64,000 bases of DNA from Thalia democratica (Eukaryota), in assembly GCA_965202585.1 (NCBI GenBank), contig OZ241829.1, forward strand, positions 16,740,001 to 16,804,000. The letters run 5' to 3'. Below the pieces are notes generated by a model. That model was not told the origin of the DNA. It made no database searches and worked only from the letters and a program-made list of their open reading frames with translations. This document shows, one piece after another, positions 13,516-28,618 of the stretch. Made by a program: the position numbers and the translations under genes. Every line of letters starts with the position of its first letter. Position 1 is the stretch's first letter.

Positions 13516-13831
13516 TAAGCATAAACCATATTTTGATTTGTTCTAATTTGTTCAATTAAAAGAAAATATTTACACACATGTTATTTAACTTTTTTTAACC
13601 TAATTATTTTTAATATTTTAGTAAGTTTTTGTTTCTATAACTTTTGTTTTGTTTTATATAAACATTGTAACTACCTTTAAATTATTTATTAGGTAGTCAT
13701 TTTAGACTATTATTTAGTTTATGCTTACTTAGATAGTTAATAATAAGTTCCCACGACTTTTATTTTATTTTAACTAGAAAGGTTTTCAATTTAGTTTAAG
13801 ACAGAGGTCAGTCGGCAATTGGTGCTCGTGG

Positions 13832-14030
13832 GCTAAGTTTTAATTTTAAAATCTTTACTGGCCTAAGTTTTAACTTTTAAAATCTTTACTGACCAAAGTT
13901 TTAGTTTTAGTCACATTTCAATATTTAGTTATTTCAAGTTTCAGTAACATTTTAAAGTTCAGCCAGTTCTAGTTTTGTCAATATTGTAAACTTTTTCATA
14001 GTTTTTATTAACTAAGTTTTATTCTATTTT
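13832..14030. repeat. ~30-bp tandem duplication running into TTTTAG-rich degenerate repeat
   Basis: gctaagttttaattttaaaatctttactgg (13832-13861) and cctaagttttaacttttaaaatctttactga (13862-13892), followed by ttttagttttagtc-type modules. Confidence 0.5.
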
Positions 14031-17000
14031 AGCTACACTACGTATATAAATTATACTGATTTTTGTCCTAAAATTAAAAAAACTTATATACTAAAGTCTT
14101 AATAAACTATCTATTTGCTAAAAAACTGTCTATAATATTTAAAAGTTTTATTTTCTTATTGCCACTTAAATCTGTAAAAATTAAGCTCTTTTTTAAAGAT
14201 AACTTTGGTAGTTGTATACAAATATAATGCTTATAAAACACATTTTTATTAGTTTTTCTGATGAAAATTTAAAAATATTGTATGAAAAAAAAACTAAAAA
14301 GTGCAAATAACTCATTTATATATGGTTTTGAACTCTACAGAGTACAATTTTTAATTTAACTATAAACCTGTTGTTATAGGTTGACTGGTTTACATTTTTC
14401 TTTGTAAAACAAAGTATAGAATCAATAATTAATAAATTCAGTGTTTTAAATTATCAGTTTAAAATTAAGTGACTAGTAATGTGTATTTTAAGTTATCTTT
14501 GCATTTTTTAAAAAAAACTAGATTTTAACTTTGAGTTAGATAAATAAAAAATGCAAAGACTACAATTAATTTGCATTTTTTTGTAAATGTAACTATAAGT
14601 TGCGCATAGTAAAAGAATTAAATTATTAAAAAAAATTCAGTGTAATAGTTGTTAATTATTTTACAAAAAGTACAATTACTACTCTCAACATTTTTCAATC
14701 ATTACAAAGAATAAAAAAATGCGGATTCTTTGTAGCGAACACTGCTAAAGTTTTATTATCAGATTATAGTTCATAAATGTGCTAGTTATTCAATAAATGT
14801 TGTTGCATAAAATATCTTCTAACGACGTAATATACAAAGTTACTTAAATGTTAGAAATGTTTATTACAATAGTTTTGTTATGATGTATGAACTTATAAAA
14901 CTACGTGAATTATTAATTACTATATGTGTTTTTAGTCATAAGTATTGCTTTTAATTTCAAGTTTAAATTTTAGTTTTAAAAGTAAAGCCAAAAAAACATT
15001 ATTCCAAAGCATGCAATACTTTAGAAAAAAAATAAGTGCTTGATTAACTTAGTTAAAGCTGATTTCTAATAAACTATGTAATTATTATATAGTTGAATCT
15101 ATTATTTCAATAACTTGTCCTAGAACTAAAAAGTTTAAATAAATTTGTTTTCAACTGTTTAAGTGTTAATTTATTTTTATTTGTTATAAAGCTTTTAAGT
15201 AATAGCTAAAACTTTTTATTGTGTAGACTTTTATCAATTCTAATAACTTAGCTAGGTTTAAAACAATTATCTAAAGTTGACAACAAGTGATTAAAGTTAA
15301 AATTTGTCTAAAGTAAAATATTAAGTGCATTATAAAAAAACTATTGGAAAAATTTTACGATAACGTAAAAAAACATCAATCTTAAAGAGTTTTATAAGGT
15401 TAAATATTAATATTTTTTTTCAAGCGACTATTATTCTTCTTATATTTATTGTTGTGTTATTAAGTATATGATATGATCGTAATTCAAATAAACACAAAAG
15501 TTTAGTTTTTAAATTAAGTTTTTAGCCATAACAACTATAAAACTTAAATCTAAGTTAACAGAACTGTTGAACTTCATTTTATCCATTGTTTATACGATGT
15601 AATAAGCTTATAATCTTCTCATTTTGAAAACAAACTTTTAGTTTGACTATGAACAAGTTTTAATCATGAAATTTTTAACACCTTGAACTTATTTGCTATA
15701 GAGCTTTGTATGTTAATGTTTAATTATAGTTTTATTTTTGTTAGCATATTATACATTACAAATTACTTTTAGTTTGAGCTTCTTATGACTTTTAGCTTAT
15801 AATAAAATATGCTTATTAATTAATTTATTGAAACATTGTGTAAAACGTTTTTCAAAAAAAACTTTGTTAGTTAAAAAAAAAGAAAAATCAATATAAAAAT
15901 TACAAATTGTTTGTAGTCTGACAGTTACACTTTTTAGACTTCTAGAGACTAACTAATTTATATATCCAAAGAAAGTATTTCTTTGCATTTAATTTCAAAA
16001 AGATGTTGTATTTTTAAAGTGTTTGGAGTAATAAGGATTAAATGCAGTTGAACTTTTATAAAATTAATATTCTAACTAACTCCTTTTTTTCAGCAAACCT
16101 CAGTATTTTATATACAGAAAAACTAAAAAAGAGTAAAACGTTGTTTAAACCAAAACTGTACAACTCATAACATATAAAACAACTTTGTAGTGTTTAAAGT
16201 TGTTTTTTAAACAATTTCAAAAAATAAAACTAACATATTTGAACAAATAAAAAGTCTTTAAAATTAAAAAAATAGAAAAAGATTGCACTGAAACGCTTAT
16301 ATAAATTATTAGACTAAAAACGTTTTATGCACTTTAAACTAAATTATTCACTAATTTATATTTTATTTAAACACATGCTAGTCTTTGTTTTAATATCAAT
16401 AACAATAAAGTAAAAGCTGTAAATGAGTAGACAATATACTATTCATATATAATCTTTTACAGCAATAAATAAAATATTGTTTTTTTTCTGTTTATAAATA
16501 TAAGTTTTTTCGAAATATCAAAATACAAATAATGTTTAATTTAGCTCGAAGTAAAAAAGGTTGCAGTAGAAAAAATTACCTAAATGTTTTATTTATAGCA
16601 AATTAAAGAGCAATCAATAACTTTAACAAATACAAAGAGGTATAATCTTAAAGTTATAGTTTAAAAATATATTACTTTATTAAAAATTTCACTGAGAAAA
16701 CTAAGTTCGTTCAACTTATATTAATTTTATGTACTCGAGTAACCTTTTGACAAACTGTCATGACCTTAAAAAGCAATACAAAGAAAAATTAAAATTAAAA
16801 ATCAATATATTCAAAAGCATCGTTGACCCTAATAAAACATATTAAAATTGTTTGACAGAAATTCGAATGACAAAAATAATTGATATATAACAACAACATT
16901 AAGAAAATTACTTTAATCTAAAAGAATTTAAGTAGAAAAGTTCAAGTTAAAAAACATGTTCTGTGATTGTTCATTTAAAGAACTTCTTCCCATGAATGTA

Positions 17001-17758
17001 ATGTGTAACTTTTAATACTTCATTGCTAAAAATTTTGTTGAGGATAATTAATATTTCATTCTGAATGTATTAGTATTTTATATGAAAGTTATAAAACACT
17101 AAGCTTTTTTAAAGCAATTAATATTTTTATGAAACTATATACCTAAAATGCTAATGTAAGCAAAACATTTAAAAGTGATGGTGATACTAACTTAGCTACG
17201 TTAATATGTTACAATTGACATCTCTTGTAGAATAAAAAATTTGACAAAATTAATCTATTCAGAAAAAATTAAAAGCTTTAATTGTAAGAAAGCTGTTCTT
17301 AGCTGCGTTCAAAATGTTTAATATAACCAAAAATGAAGAATATAGAAAGAAGAAACATCAAAAATCCAATTATGAAGCTCCAATGAGTTTTTGAAATCGG
17401 TTTATGACCATCTGTTTTATTTTGTTTTTTTTCTAACTGATGTTTTGTTTTTAGTTGAAATTACTAAATAAACTAAGTTATAAAAACATTATAGTTGTAT
17501 ATATTTTCTATTAATTAAAAGATTAATATTTGATAAAACATAGCTTGAAATCCGTTAGAAAAGTATAATAGAATACTTTAATTAGAGTTTGCTTTTGGTG
17601 TTCTTATAAAAACATATGCTTATTGTGCTATTTTAACAAGTGTAAGTTTTGTTTTGTTTTCTTTGTTTTGCATCTTTATAGTTAAGATAAACAAATAAAT
17701 ACGTATATTCTAAGCTTAAAATATTTTATCACAGTAATAAACAACAACATTATCTTAA

Positions 17759-18408
17759 CTAACCAACAACGTTAAATCTAGCGAGGACACAGCTGTTTTG
17801 TTTAGAACCAAATAAAACATTCACATCGAAATATCTAAAACTAAAACGCTTGTTGAGGTAAAAGTTGAAAGTAGTAACTTCGGTATCTGCATCATACAAA
17901 ACTTGAATTGAGAACGATTCAGAATGATGTTCTGCAGGCAAATGCTGGCAGCCATAATTTATCAGGTCAAGTCCGAAAAAGCTCCGACAATTCAAGTGTA
18001 TGTTGATTTTCTCTACCAAAGTGTCGTCAAAAATGAACTCAAATGTTACATCTTCTTTGTTTTGCAATTTTTTTTTTATTATACTTTTTATGATGTCAAT
18101 GAACTTTTTTCACTGATAGCTTTCATAAGACAAGCAATGTAGTTTTATGAGCTCTAAAAATAAAGTTTTTGGATTTGCTTTTATAAAACTCGGTTTTAAA
18201 ATAGAGCTGAGTGCTAGTATTTGATTGATACTAGCTTTAAAAAATATTGGTTTATATTCAAAGTGTTTTTGGTTAATAATTAATTTAAAATAACAAATTA
18301 CCAAATATTTCATATAACCAAGATATTTTTGGATTTCATTGTAGTAGTCCCAATGCTTTAAGCTATTTTCTCTTAAAGTTGATTGAATGTTTGGATCAAA
18401 GCAATGTC
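17759..18408 (-). pseudogene. Unidentified coding-like terminal exon (650 nt, phase 1) with one internal TGA
   Basis: Acceptor tttgtttaaacAG at 18410/18409. The frame GHCFDPNIQSTLRENSLKHWDYYNEIQKYLGYMKYL...HCLSYESYQ*KKFIDIIKSIIKKKLQNKEDVTFEFIFDD...ARFNVVG* joins track ORFs 18110-18313 and 17759-18067 across a single TGA (18112-18110). No family recognised. Confidence 0.45.
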
Positions 18409-18693
18409 CTGTTTAAACAAAATAGTTTTTAGTCACTTGTTTAATTACAAAGCATAAGTTAGGAGAAATTATTTAATATTTTTAATGATTGTTGTTTTGT
18501 ATATGGTATGTCTTTTTTAGCAAGAAAAACTTTATTAAAACAAATATAAAATTATTTTCATGTTTTTAGTTACAAGATATTAACAGTTCTACATCATTTA
18601 GCATAAAATAAATTAAACAAATATAGTAATGTTTTAGAGCTCAAATTACTTTCTAAATGTCAATTAAGATCAAAAGCTGTAAGAGGTATAGAC

Positions 18694-19758
18694 CAGTAGC
18701 GTAGCGTAGTATTTTGGTTAGGGGGTGCGCAAATTTTTTTCTCAAAAAATCCTCAAAATTAAAACTTTTGTAATTAGCTATAAAAAAGCTTATTATAAGT
18801 AATATAAATGAAATAACTTTATTAAGTAAAAAAAGTTGGTTAACTGTTTAAAAAATATTTATATATTTCAAAATTAAACAATTAAATAAAAATATAAGTT
18901 TCATTAGAATTACTTATACTTGCAAAAATGTAAACTTACTAAATAAAAATTGTTTTTTTAACTTATAGTAAACTTTAAAAATTAATATATTCAATAAAAC
19001 GAAAGTATCTGTTTTATTTACGTAAAAAATACCAATCTCTTTAATATACAATACAACAGTGATAACAACACCTCATTGCACATAATTTTAATAAAGTTAC
19101 ACAGAAGTTAAAATAGACCAACTTTATAACTGTTATTACAGTTTATATAACTTTGTAAAATAGTTAAAACTATACTTTTTAAATTTAATTCATTTGATTG
19201 TATTTGTTTAAAATAAAAATCACAAACAAAGTTTATTTCTCATAGGCCGACACGCTTATCTTGTATGTTTACAAAAATAAAGTACAGAAAACTAGCAGTA
19301 GTCTTAACAATGTAGCATAAAAAAAAATTTGTAAAATTGTTTAATTTTTCTTTAAGCGTGACGTATTTTTGTAAACTTTTTGTAGAAAAATAATCTGACA
19401 TAAGGTTATACTACAGCGGTGCGCTATATTAATTGCGTGGTTTTTGAGTCTAAATTCTTATGAAGTTAATGAACTTATAAAATTTTTCCTTATGTAGTTT
19501 TTCATCAACATCGGTGCACATTTGCAATTACGCACCGAATCAGTATATTGAGTAATAATATGTACTTTCCTAACTTGTCACTAATTGGTATTCAAAATTT
19601 CGTTTAACTTTATGAATACTAGATAAACATAGTTGAAAAAAGGCAAATTAAGCAGGAAAAATAAACTATAAAGGATAAAGATATTACATTTTTTTTTTTA
19701 CTTTTTTTTTTTTGGGTGGCACGCATGCGCCAGTGCCCCTCCCCACGCTACGCCCCTG
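18694..19758. mobile_element. Non-autonomous hAT-superfamily DNA transposon
   Basis: 14-bp TIRs cagtagcgtagcgt / acgctacgcccctg (2 mismatches) and a perfect 8-bp TSD gtatagac (18686-18693, 19759-19766); no transposase ORF. Confidence 0.9.
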
Positions 19759-22700
19759 GTATAGACCAAAGTAACTTGAATCAAAAATATTAATTTATTC
19801 TTTATTGTATAGATATATTTGATAAGTTTATCATAAAAAAATCATATGTCTTACTTGTTGCAGCTGCTAAATTAACAAGCGATATAACAATTGTAATTGT
19901 TTCAAAACGCACTGTATTCTTCATTTATGTTTTCATGAAATAAGGTCTATTACTTATGAATAAAAATAACTGTAAACAGCAATATATTTAACACAAGAAA
20001 CTAACCTTTTGCTTTTAAGATTCACAATTTAAATTAAGTTGTTTTAAAAACTTGTAACAAAACTAAAATCAAAACAATAAACTTTAGAAGACAGATGAAC
20101 CATAAAAACGAGTTTCATCCAGTAGCATTAAGTTTATACCTAAAACTTAAAACTTTAAGAGAAAAAAAAGTTTAAAAACAAGCAGTTATTTTAAAAGCTC
20201 CTTTATTGAAAATATACTTAAAAGTTTAATTTATACTATCTAATGCTAAAATGTTTTAAATCAAAAATTTTTATTTATGGTAAATATTATAAAATGCTTA
20301 ACCATGAAGTCAAAATAAAACATATATTTAACTTAAACATACTACCACTTTATTAAACTAGTGAACATTTAACAAAACATTTCTGCCAACAAAAAATTAA
20401 CAAAATTAATTTACAGAAAAATATCTTTAGTTATACTGAAACTCGTGTTTGATTTTTTTCTTTATTTTTCTCATATTATATCACATGTTTTGTTTTACAG
20501 CGTGAACTTGTTAACCTTGAAGTAGGTTTAATATATTAAAAAGCAAATATTGAAACGCAACAATGAGTATAAAAAACAGTTTTATTTAAGTTAAATTTAC
20601 TATTTTAGATTAATAAATAAAACCAATAAAAACAATATACTGCTATTTTTACTTTTAAATATTTGCATTCAACTTTTTGCTTTACTATAGAAACAAAAGT
20701 AAGTAAAAAATAAATGAACACATATCTAATTCATTAATTAATTTGATTATACAACACAACTGTATTTATTTTTACTTTGTGACTTTATATAGCGCATGAG
20801 TTAATTTGATTTTAAAACTAGACTGTTAAATAAACAATTAAAGAAGAGTGTAAAGATCAATTGTTGTTTTGTTTTATGTTTAAAAAACTATTTAATTTAT
20901 GAAGTAAAACTGCTCAGATTTAGCTAGATTTTTTAGTTTGATAGCGTAGCAATAAAGATACGAAAATTATAAGCTTCCTTCTTAATCACTTCATATGGAC
21001 TTATTAAAAATTCAAAAGCAACAAAAATACAAAGTTAGAACATTTTGTCAATCTATGTTATGCTAACTTTTTAGAACATGTATCATGAGCAAAAAATCAA
21101 AGACTAATTACTACCATGAAAGTTACTGGTTTGTATGTTTAACTAAAGTTGTAAAAATATTAACCTAATGCTTGTTCACAAAACTGTACTAGAAGTAAGT
21201 AGTTTACCACAAATAAACTCCAATAGTTTTTTTATTAAAATTATAAATACTAAGGTCGTTTTTTTTGATAGAACAATTTAAGTAAAATTTCATCTGTTTT
21301 CTTATATGTATATTTAGTTAATATTAATGTTTAACACTTCGAATCAGTAAAAAAACAAATAACCTATTAAATTAACATCTATTGTAAAATGTTCATGACA
21401 GTTGAATGTATTGGTTTATCAGTCTGAATTTAGTTGATAAAACTTTATTTTTTTTAGTAGATGAACACTAATAATAAATAGTAAGTATAACTGAATTTTT
21501 GTAAAGTTTAAGCTTATTACTCACTATTTAAGTAATCTGAAATTTTAAATTTGACTAACAGGCTATGTCAATTATTGTTTATGACAATACTTTGTTACAG
21601 CAGTTAGTTATGTGAAGTTTAAAAATATTTTACAATTTTTTTTTACAGCTGTTAGCTCTCGTGATTTATTTTGATTATTAATATTAAATTATCTCAGTAT
21701 TTAGCTTATGCTTGACTGCCGTATACAAATATTATACAACACTAATAGTTTAAAACAATCATGAAATCTGTAATTGAACTAAAAGTTTAATAAGAGTCTT
21801 AAAATATGCACGAAAAACTTCATTAGTAAAATGCAGCAGTCAATGATTTTAGAACATTTTGAACAAACATCAGAAAATTAAAAGTGTAAAAATTTAAACA
21901 TTTTCAGTTAAGTTTATTTTGTAAATTCTTAAGGCTTTTAGTTTTAGGTTTTCTAAATTTTTTTAACAGTTATTTTACAGTTATTGTCTAGTAAGGTAGT
22001 TGGTCTATTTATTTTATGTGATTATATTAAGCTTTTCTTTTTTCTGAAAGTTGGTAGTCTAAAATTCAATTCTTACTAAAGTAAAAACAGAAAAATCCTG
22101 AAAACATATCGCCTTGTTTGATTTGTTTTCAAAAATTCTTCTTTATTCAAAAGTAGTTTAATTGTGTTTTAATTGTCAAAAAAAAAACTTATTTTAACAT
22201 TAGGCGCAGAGGAATGTCAATCCAGCATATTAACAATAATAACCTCTAAATCCTTTTAAGATTTTAAAGACAGAAAGTGCTCCTTTGAACTTTATATAAC
22301 TACAATTTTAAATATCTATATATAAGATGATGTATTTTGAAATAGGTTTAAAACAATATTGAACTTAAAATTGTCTAAAGTTTGGCCGAAGTTGGAGTTG
22401 TAGTTAAAAAGTAATCTAGTTACTAGATGTACTGGTTATACTTTTAAAACTAAATCAATTTTCTTTAAACGTAATTTTTTTCTTTACACTTAAAGGGAAA
22501 ATTAAAAAAGATAATTTTTCAATATAAAAACTTCGTCACAATATTGTTAAACTCTGCAAAAAGTTTGATACCATGTTAACTTTAATTTAAATTAAACTTA
22601 ATTAATGTGTAGCTATTTGTAAGAAACATATTGTTTTAAAAATAACGTTTAAAGACAACTACATAAGGTTTTAAACTTATAAAACCTATTTACTAACAAA

Positions 22701-23166
22701 AAATTACTTAGAGATACTCTATGCATATTAAATTATTAATTTGTATGTTTTAGTTTTAATATTTTACAAATCGATAGAATATTATAACTTTAAATTTTTT
22801 CTATTCAACAGTATTAAAAAACTAACAATTTTTTATTTTTTATTAAAGATTAATATAAGTGTCTGGTAGTTTCTATTTAAAGCAATATGAAACTAGTTGA
22901 CTTTAAACTCCAACCAAAATTCAAAATTTATAAAACAAAAAACCAACCTTTACTTATAAATATGAGAAGATATAAATGATTTTGTACAAGCTTGACGAAT
23001 TGGATCAAATTATGTGGTCACAAAATCCGTATAAAGTCAAACACTGTTAATTAAACAGTTTCATAGCAGCTTAAAAGTACGCAAAAAAGTTTTATCCAAT
23101 TTTTCTGTAGTTTATATCCGATAATAATCTAATTAGGACAAAAATGGAAACAATAAGACCAAACTG

Positions 23167-23183
23167 TCGCGTGAGTAGCGCTT
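23167..23183 (+). promoter_or_regulatory. CpG-containing motif shared with 49073-49089
   Basis: tcgcgtgagtagcgctt vs tcgcgtgagcagcactt (15/17), same orientation, ~10 kb and ~12 kb upstream of the two semaphorin start codons. Confidence 0.3.
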
Positions 23184-26100
23184 ATAAGAGATATTTCGGC
23201 GGTTTAAACTGGAGATTGTGGTTGAAGATTAATTTGATGTTAAACGCATCGAAAAGATAAATAATTTACCTTAGCTAAAAGAATTCTACTTAGTTTAAGA
23301 AAAAGAAAAGGTTTTAAAAGACAATTTAGTAATAAACATAAATAAGATTATTGTAGTGGTTAACCTAAATGTAAGTAAAAATAACTTAATTAACAAAAGA
23401 ATTCACAACAGTTTACTTTTAATTTTTTAATACTAACAAGAAAATTTAAATGTATTGAACTTTTGGTAAAACTATAATTAATAATTTTTGATTTTATTTA
23501 ACAGTTAGATAGCTAAAAGATAAAATACTAGAATAATTGTTACTGCAATTTTTTTTTATCAATGTAAGTATAATTAAAATATCGTTTGCATTAATATTAT
23601 ATCATTTTTGTGAATAAATTTTGGTTTCATTACTTGAAATTTTTTTTTTCCGAAATGTTTTCCAAAGTCATACTAGTTTAGTACGATTTTTATATATTCC
23701 TATATATAATCTTGAAACCTAAAGATATTTGGCTCGGAAATAAATAATTTAAATGTAAATATCGTACGGTACATAATATTTAAGTTATTTACAACTGAAA
23801 TTTCTTGGCTTACATTTTTATTCAATGTTTAATGATAACATTTAAACTCCGTTGTTTTTTTATACCAGCTACTTAATTAAAAAGTTATTTAATCTTTAGT
23901 TATGGTTAAATATTTTTTAAGGATCGGATATAATAAAAAAACGTTTGAGATTTCGATTTCCAAATGTTTATAACAGATATTTATAACAAAACTTACTTAA
24001 ATTATTTTGCTTAAAAAATTACCTTAAAAAATCACACACATTAGCAGCATAGTTAAGTTATGAGTTTCTGTTTTTTAATATAAATTTTGTCAGGTTTTGA
24101 CAATTATAATGTAGTTTCAGTCTTTTGGTACAAATTTTGCCGCAATTATATTTCTTTCGACTATTTTCAGGTGTCATACAGAGGTCAAACAGCATAAAGA
24201 TACTTTATTTTACACGATTTTAACCACACAATGAAAAGTAATTACTAAGTACATGAATATATATTTTATTTAGTATTTAAACAATTAATTTAAAAAAATT
24301 AGTATTATTTAGAATTTAAAGTGTTAAACACGTATTATTTATTTTATACAAACTTAAGAATATTTATTGTAACTTTGAGCAAAAATTTAATTAGAAAAAT
24401 AACGTTTAAAAAAAATTTTTAGCATCAAATGAAACAGTTTTATACTTTTTTTAAACATTTACTTAAAAACTGTTTACTGTCAATTTGTTTGGAATAAAAT
24501 AAAAATAAATCTACAAATAACTTTTTTATTTTATGATAGATTTAATTTTTTGTCACACAAGTCTAACATCGTAATACTTTTGTTTATAAATAAATTAATT
24601 TCAAATTATTTTGTTAACAGAAAGAAGAGTATGAAAGTGTTTAAACTAAAAAAAAAAACTTTATTTTAGTTTTGTACACTACAATGAAAACTTTATTTCA
24701 GTATATTAAACAAGAGGCTTATTATTCAAAACTTTTAACAAATTTCATATTTTGTTATTAATTTATTTTTTGTGTATAAATAAAATTCATAAAAACACTT
24801 TTTAGTTAAATTTAAAAACCAAGTTAATTATTAACGTAGTTTTATTCTTAATATATTGAAGTTGTAAAATCAGTTTTGTTTCATCATAAATGAATATTCA
24901 CGCTATTTTTAGAATATAATATTGCTTATAGTTTTCTCATAATACTATTATAATAAATCAAAATTGTTTTTAAAAGTAGTTCAGACTATAATGAAATTAT
25001 GCTTATTTTCTTAAATTATTAGACTATATATCATACATATAATTACTTTTACATAGAAGTTGTTCACGTGTTGTTAGGTACTCAAATGTATATAGTTTTT
25101 AACAATAAGAACTATCTTATGTACTTTATGTGGAGTAAATGTTGCGTGCGGTAATTTTTCTCCTAAAAAGTAAAAAATGTTACTTTATTATTGATACAGA
25201 AATAAATTCTTTTGCTAATATGTTTTATTAGTGAACAATTTTCTAGTGTTTACAAATTTCAAGCAACATCAGTTTATAGGAAATTTTCTTATTCAATTTT
25301 AGAACAAGTAGTTCTTAATAGAAAACAAAATGTATAAGAAGCTTACATAACTAAAAATATGGTTTAAAAAGATAAGTCTTTGGCTAACAATTTATTGTAA
25401 ATTACTAAATTTCTATTAGACAGCATCAGGTTGTAATAAAAATAAAACTAAACAAAACTTAAATGAATTTGTGTATTGTCTAATACTGAGCATTAGTTGT
25501 TACTGAAATTTGAAAGTTTTACACTATAATTTATAACAAATCTTGTTTAAATTTTTAAGAGAATTACAAACTTAAAGTAAAAATATACTTTTTCTATATA
25601 AACTTGTAGGTTGTTAAAGTGTTAGATTTATAAATAAATTAATCTATAACAAAAGCTTATTTTAAATTATACAAAAAGCAGTTTAAAACAATTAAATAAA
25701 TTTGTTAAATTCAAATTTTCATACTATTTTGTAACTGTTTGTATTATGTACTAACACTTGTAGATTTTTTTTAAATGTGTTTAAAATATTTGTATAAAAA
25801 ATATTTGTATTAAAGTTAGTAATATTAAAGCTATATTTAAATTAGATTTTCTAAGTTGTTTTAGATTAATTTTTAAGTTTTAAATGATGCTGTGATTGTG
25901 GGGTAAGTTTTAAATGCTTTGCTACTAATAGCTAACGTAGACTAGCAATTCAGGATAACTTGTATTGTAATTCGATGAACTTGTTCAAAATTCAGCTTTT
26001 CAGTGTACAGAATAAAACACAAATTATTATTGTTTAAAAACATTTAAGATTATAGAAAGTATCACAAGACATGAAACTAATACATTTTGGTAGGATTGTA

Positions 26101-28618
26101 ATTTAAATTATTTTCATTTGCTACTACAACTACACTTTGTTTTATTGTATTAGAGCAGTTTGTTTATATTTTTAAAGTTTTAACTTTTAAGAAAATTTTA
26201 TTACGAAATACATAGCTATAACTACCTTATCACTGAATAATAATGTTTTTTCTAACAAACTTTTTAAGCTTTATATGAAAAATTTATTAAATACATTTTA
26301 ATAAATTTGGTATCGAAAAATCTTTGTTTCCAAAAACTTAAAAATGAAGATAGACTCGAAAAACTGTATCAAGCTGTTTATTTCTTAAACTTTCATTACC
26401 ATAGAAGTAGCTATTTTGTTTCAGACAAGTATAGATTAAGTAGTTAAACATGAATATTGTCAAATACATAAATCAGTAACTTTTCGTTTTAAATAATTAA
26501 AATGATCAAAAGCAACTTATAAATTGTCTATTATTTCTAAGAAATATAAAAAAATAATAGCTTATATAAAACATTGAACACTTAACTTTCAATTTTTTAT
26601 TTTACGATAAAGGACTTTTATAAAAGATATAACAGAACTAATATTTTCAAATTAAAGATGAACATTTTTTATGCTTATCTGTTTGTTATTATAGAAAAAT
26701 GCATAGGATATTTTCTACATTTTAGGCAAAGAATTTAAATTTTAGTATCTACTTTTTGAGGTAATTTTGAGGGAACTACTTCATATAGCAAACCTTTTGT
26801 GTAAAAAATTATTCTCAATTAAAATGGTAATTAAGATTTATTAAATGTTATGTCACGTTTTAAAGTATGCTCCGAACTATACGTAAACAAATACTTTAAA
26901 AAATCTAAAATTAAATCCAATAGGAATGTTTTTTTCATTTAAACAAAACATTTTTTTAGCCCTAAAGAATCTTACTTTAAATTACTTGTAAACTATTGTA
27001 AAAATGTATATAATGAAGATAAAAAAACTTAAATTACAATAAAATCCAGAATTAAATTTTAAAAAGTGGTTAACACGTGAAAAAAAACCTTAGAGTCTAA
27101 GGTTTAGACAATTATTATATTTTTACCATTATAATCTGTACTGATTCAACAGTTTATACTTTTAAATTGATTTTAAAACAAATTTGCTTGTAGGTTTTTT
27201 TTGTTTTTTTAAGTTTATAGTAAAACACACTAAGTATAACAATAGTCATTTTCACTTTTTTTTTATAAAAATTTAATTATATTAAGGTTGTATGGTTAAT
27301 ACCTTTTGACAAACTTTCAAAATAAGAGACTTTTATTTTGGTGTTAAACGTTTTGTATACATTTCAAATTCAAAGTATAAGGTATGAATTAAATAAATTT
27401 TTGTATTATCTGTTTAAATGTTCTCCACGACTTATCTTCCTGTTTAAAAAATCTTTTAGTACCATTAGAACTATCGTTTTGAAATAGAGAAAGTATGTTT
27501 ATTATTATATCACCTACTTTTTATTGTACAATAGACTTTTAAAGCAAAAGTATTTTAACTTATTCTCAACGTTTAAATATCCTAATTAAGTGTTATTGTT
27601 CATCACGTAATTTAAAAAGTCAGTAGAAACTAATCAGCTGATTATAAAACAAACAATAAATTATGTTTGCAGCAGATTTTATGTAATGCATAGTATTTAC
27701 AACATTAAATAAAAAAAAATATTTATTAAGCATGAAGAAACACAAAGTATACAGTTTAATAAAAGATTGCTTTCATGAAAACTTTATAAAAAGTTTTGCT
27801 TGAAGTTTAAATAGTTATATTTAATAACACCTTACTTTTTTTAATTATAAATTTCATAAAATTTGACGTTTTCGATGTAATTTCCTGTAATTTTGCTTTC
27901 TTCTGTAATTATTTTCCGTTCAGCAACTTTAAAATGTCATTTGTGTTTTAGAAACAACTATACTTTATAATTCTAAATTTGGAAGTTATTACATCTATAT
28001 ATACGTTTTGCAAAACGTAAAACACTAATTAGATACAGAAATTCTAATTTACACAGTTTTTTTTTTCAATTAACTGTTCTCGTTATAAAAAATGTGTTTT
28101 TGTACTTTAGGTCAACCATCAAAATTTTCTAACTATTTAAATACATATTTTTACAGTCTAATATAACTATTTTTGAATAAAATTTAACATAGTACGAATT
28201 ACACTAATCAAGTATATATTTTTACTGATCATATGTTACAACGTAAGCGTAATTAAAACCATTACCTTTTATTTTAAAGGTCATTTTGACCGAAATTGAA
28301 TTATGCTTCCTCAAGTTTTATACTTGCTGTATATGACTTCCACATGATAATTAAGAGGTATGAGAAGTTTTTAAAAATGTATGTATATTTTAGGATATGA
28401 TATTCAAATACAAAAATAAAAATATTTTAATTACATTTTGTCATGACATATAAAAATGTACCTAAACTAATAAGCTAGTTCAAATTTTAATTGAAATATA
28501 GTTTCATGTACTTAAACTAAAATAAATTTGTCAGTTTCAAGCTACAATCGTAAAATTTTAAACTACAACTTTTTTAGGTAAATCACCGAAAAGTATAGCT
28601 TTTTTTAGTTTAATTAAA

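Noticed and set aside
18110-18112. Selenocysteine interpretation of the in-frame TGA
   Set aside because: No redox motif context and no SECIS recognisable by eye; a nonsense mutation is simpler.
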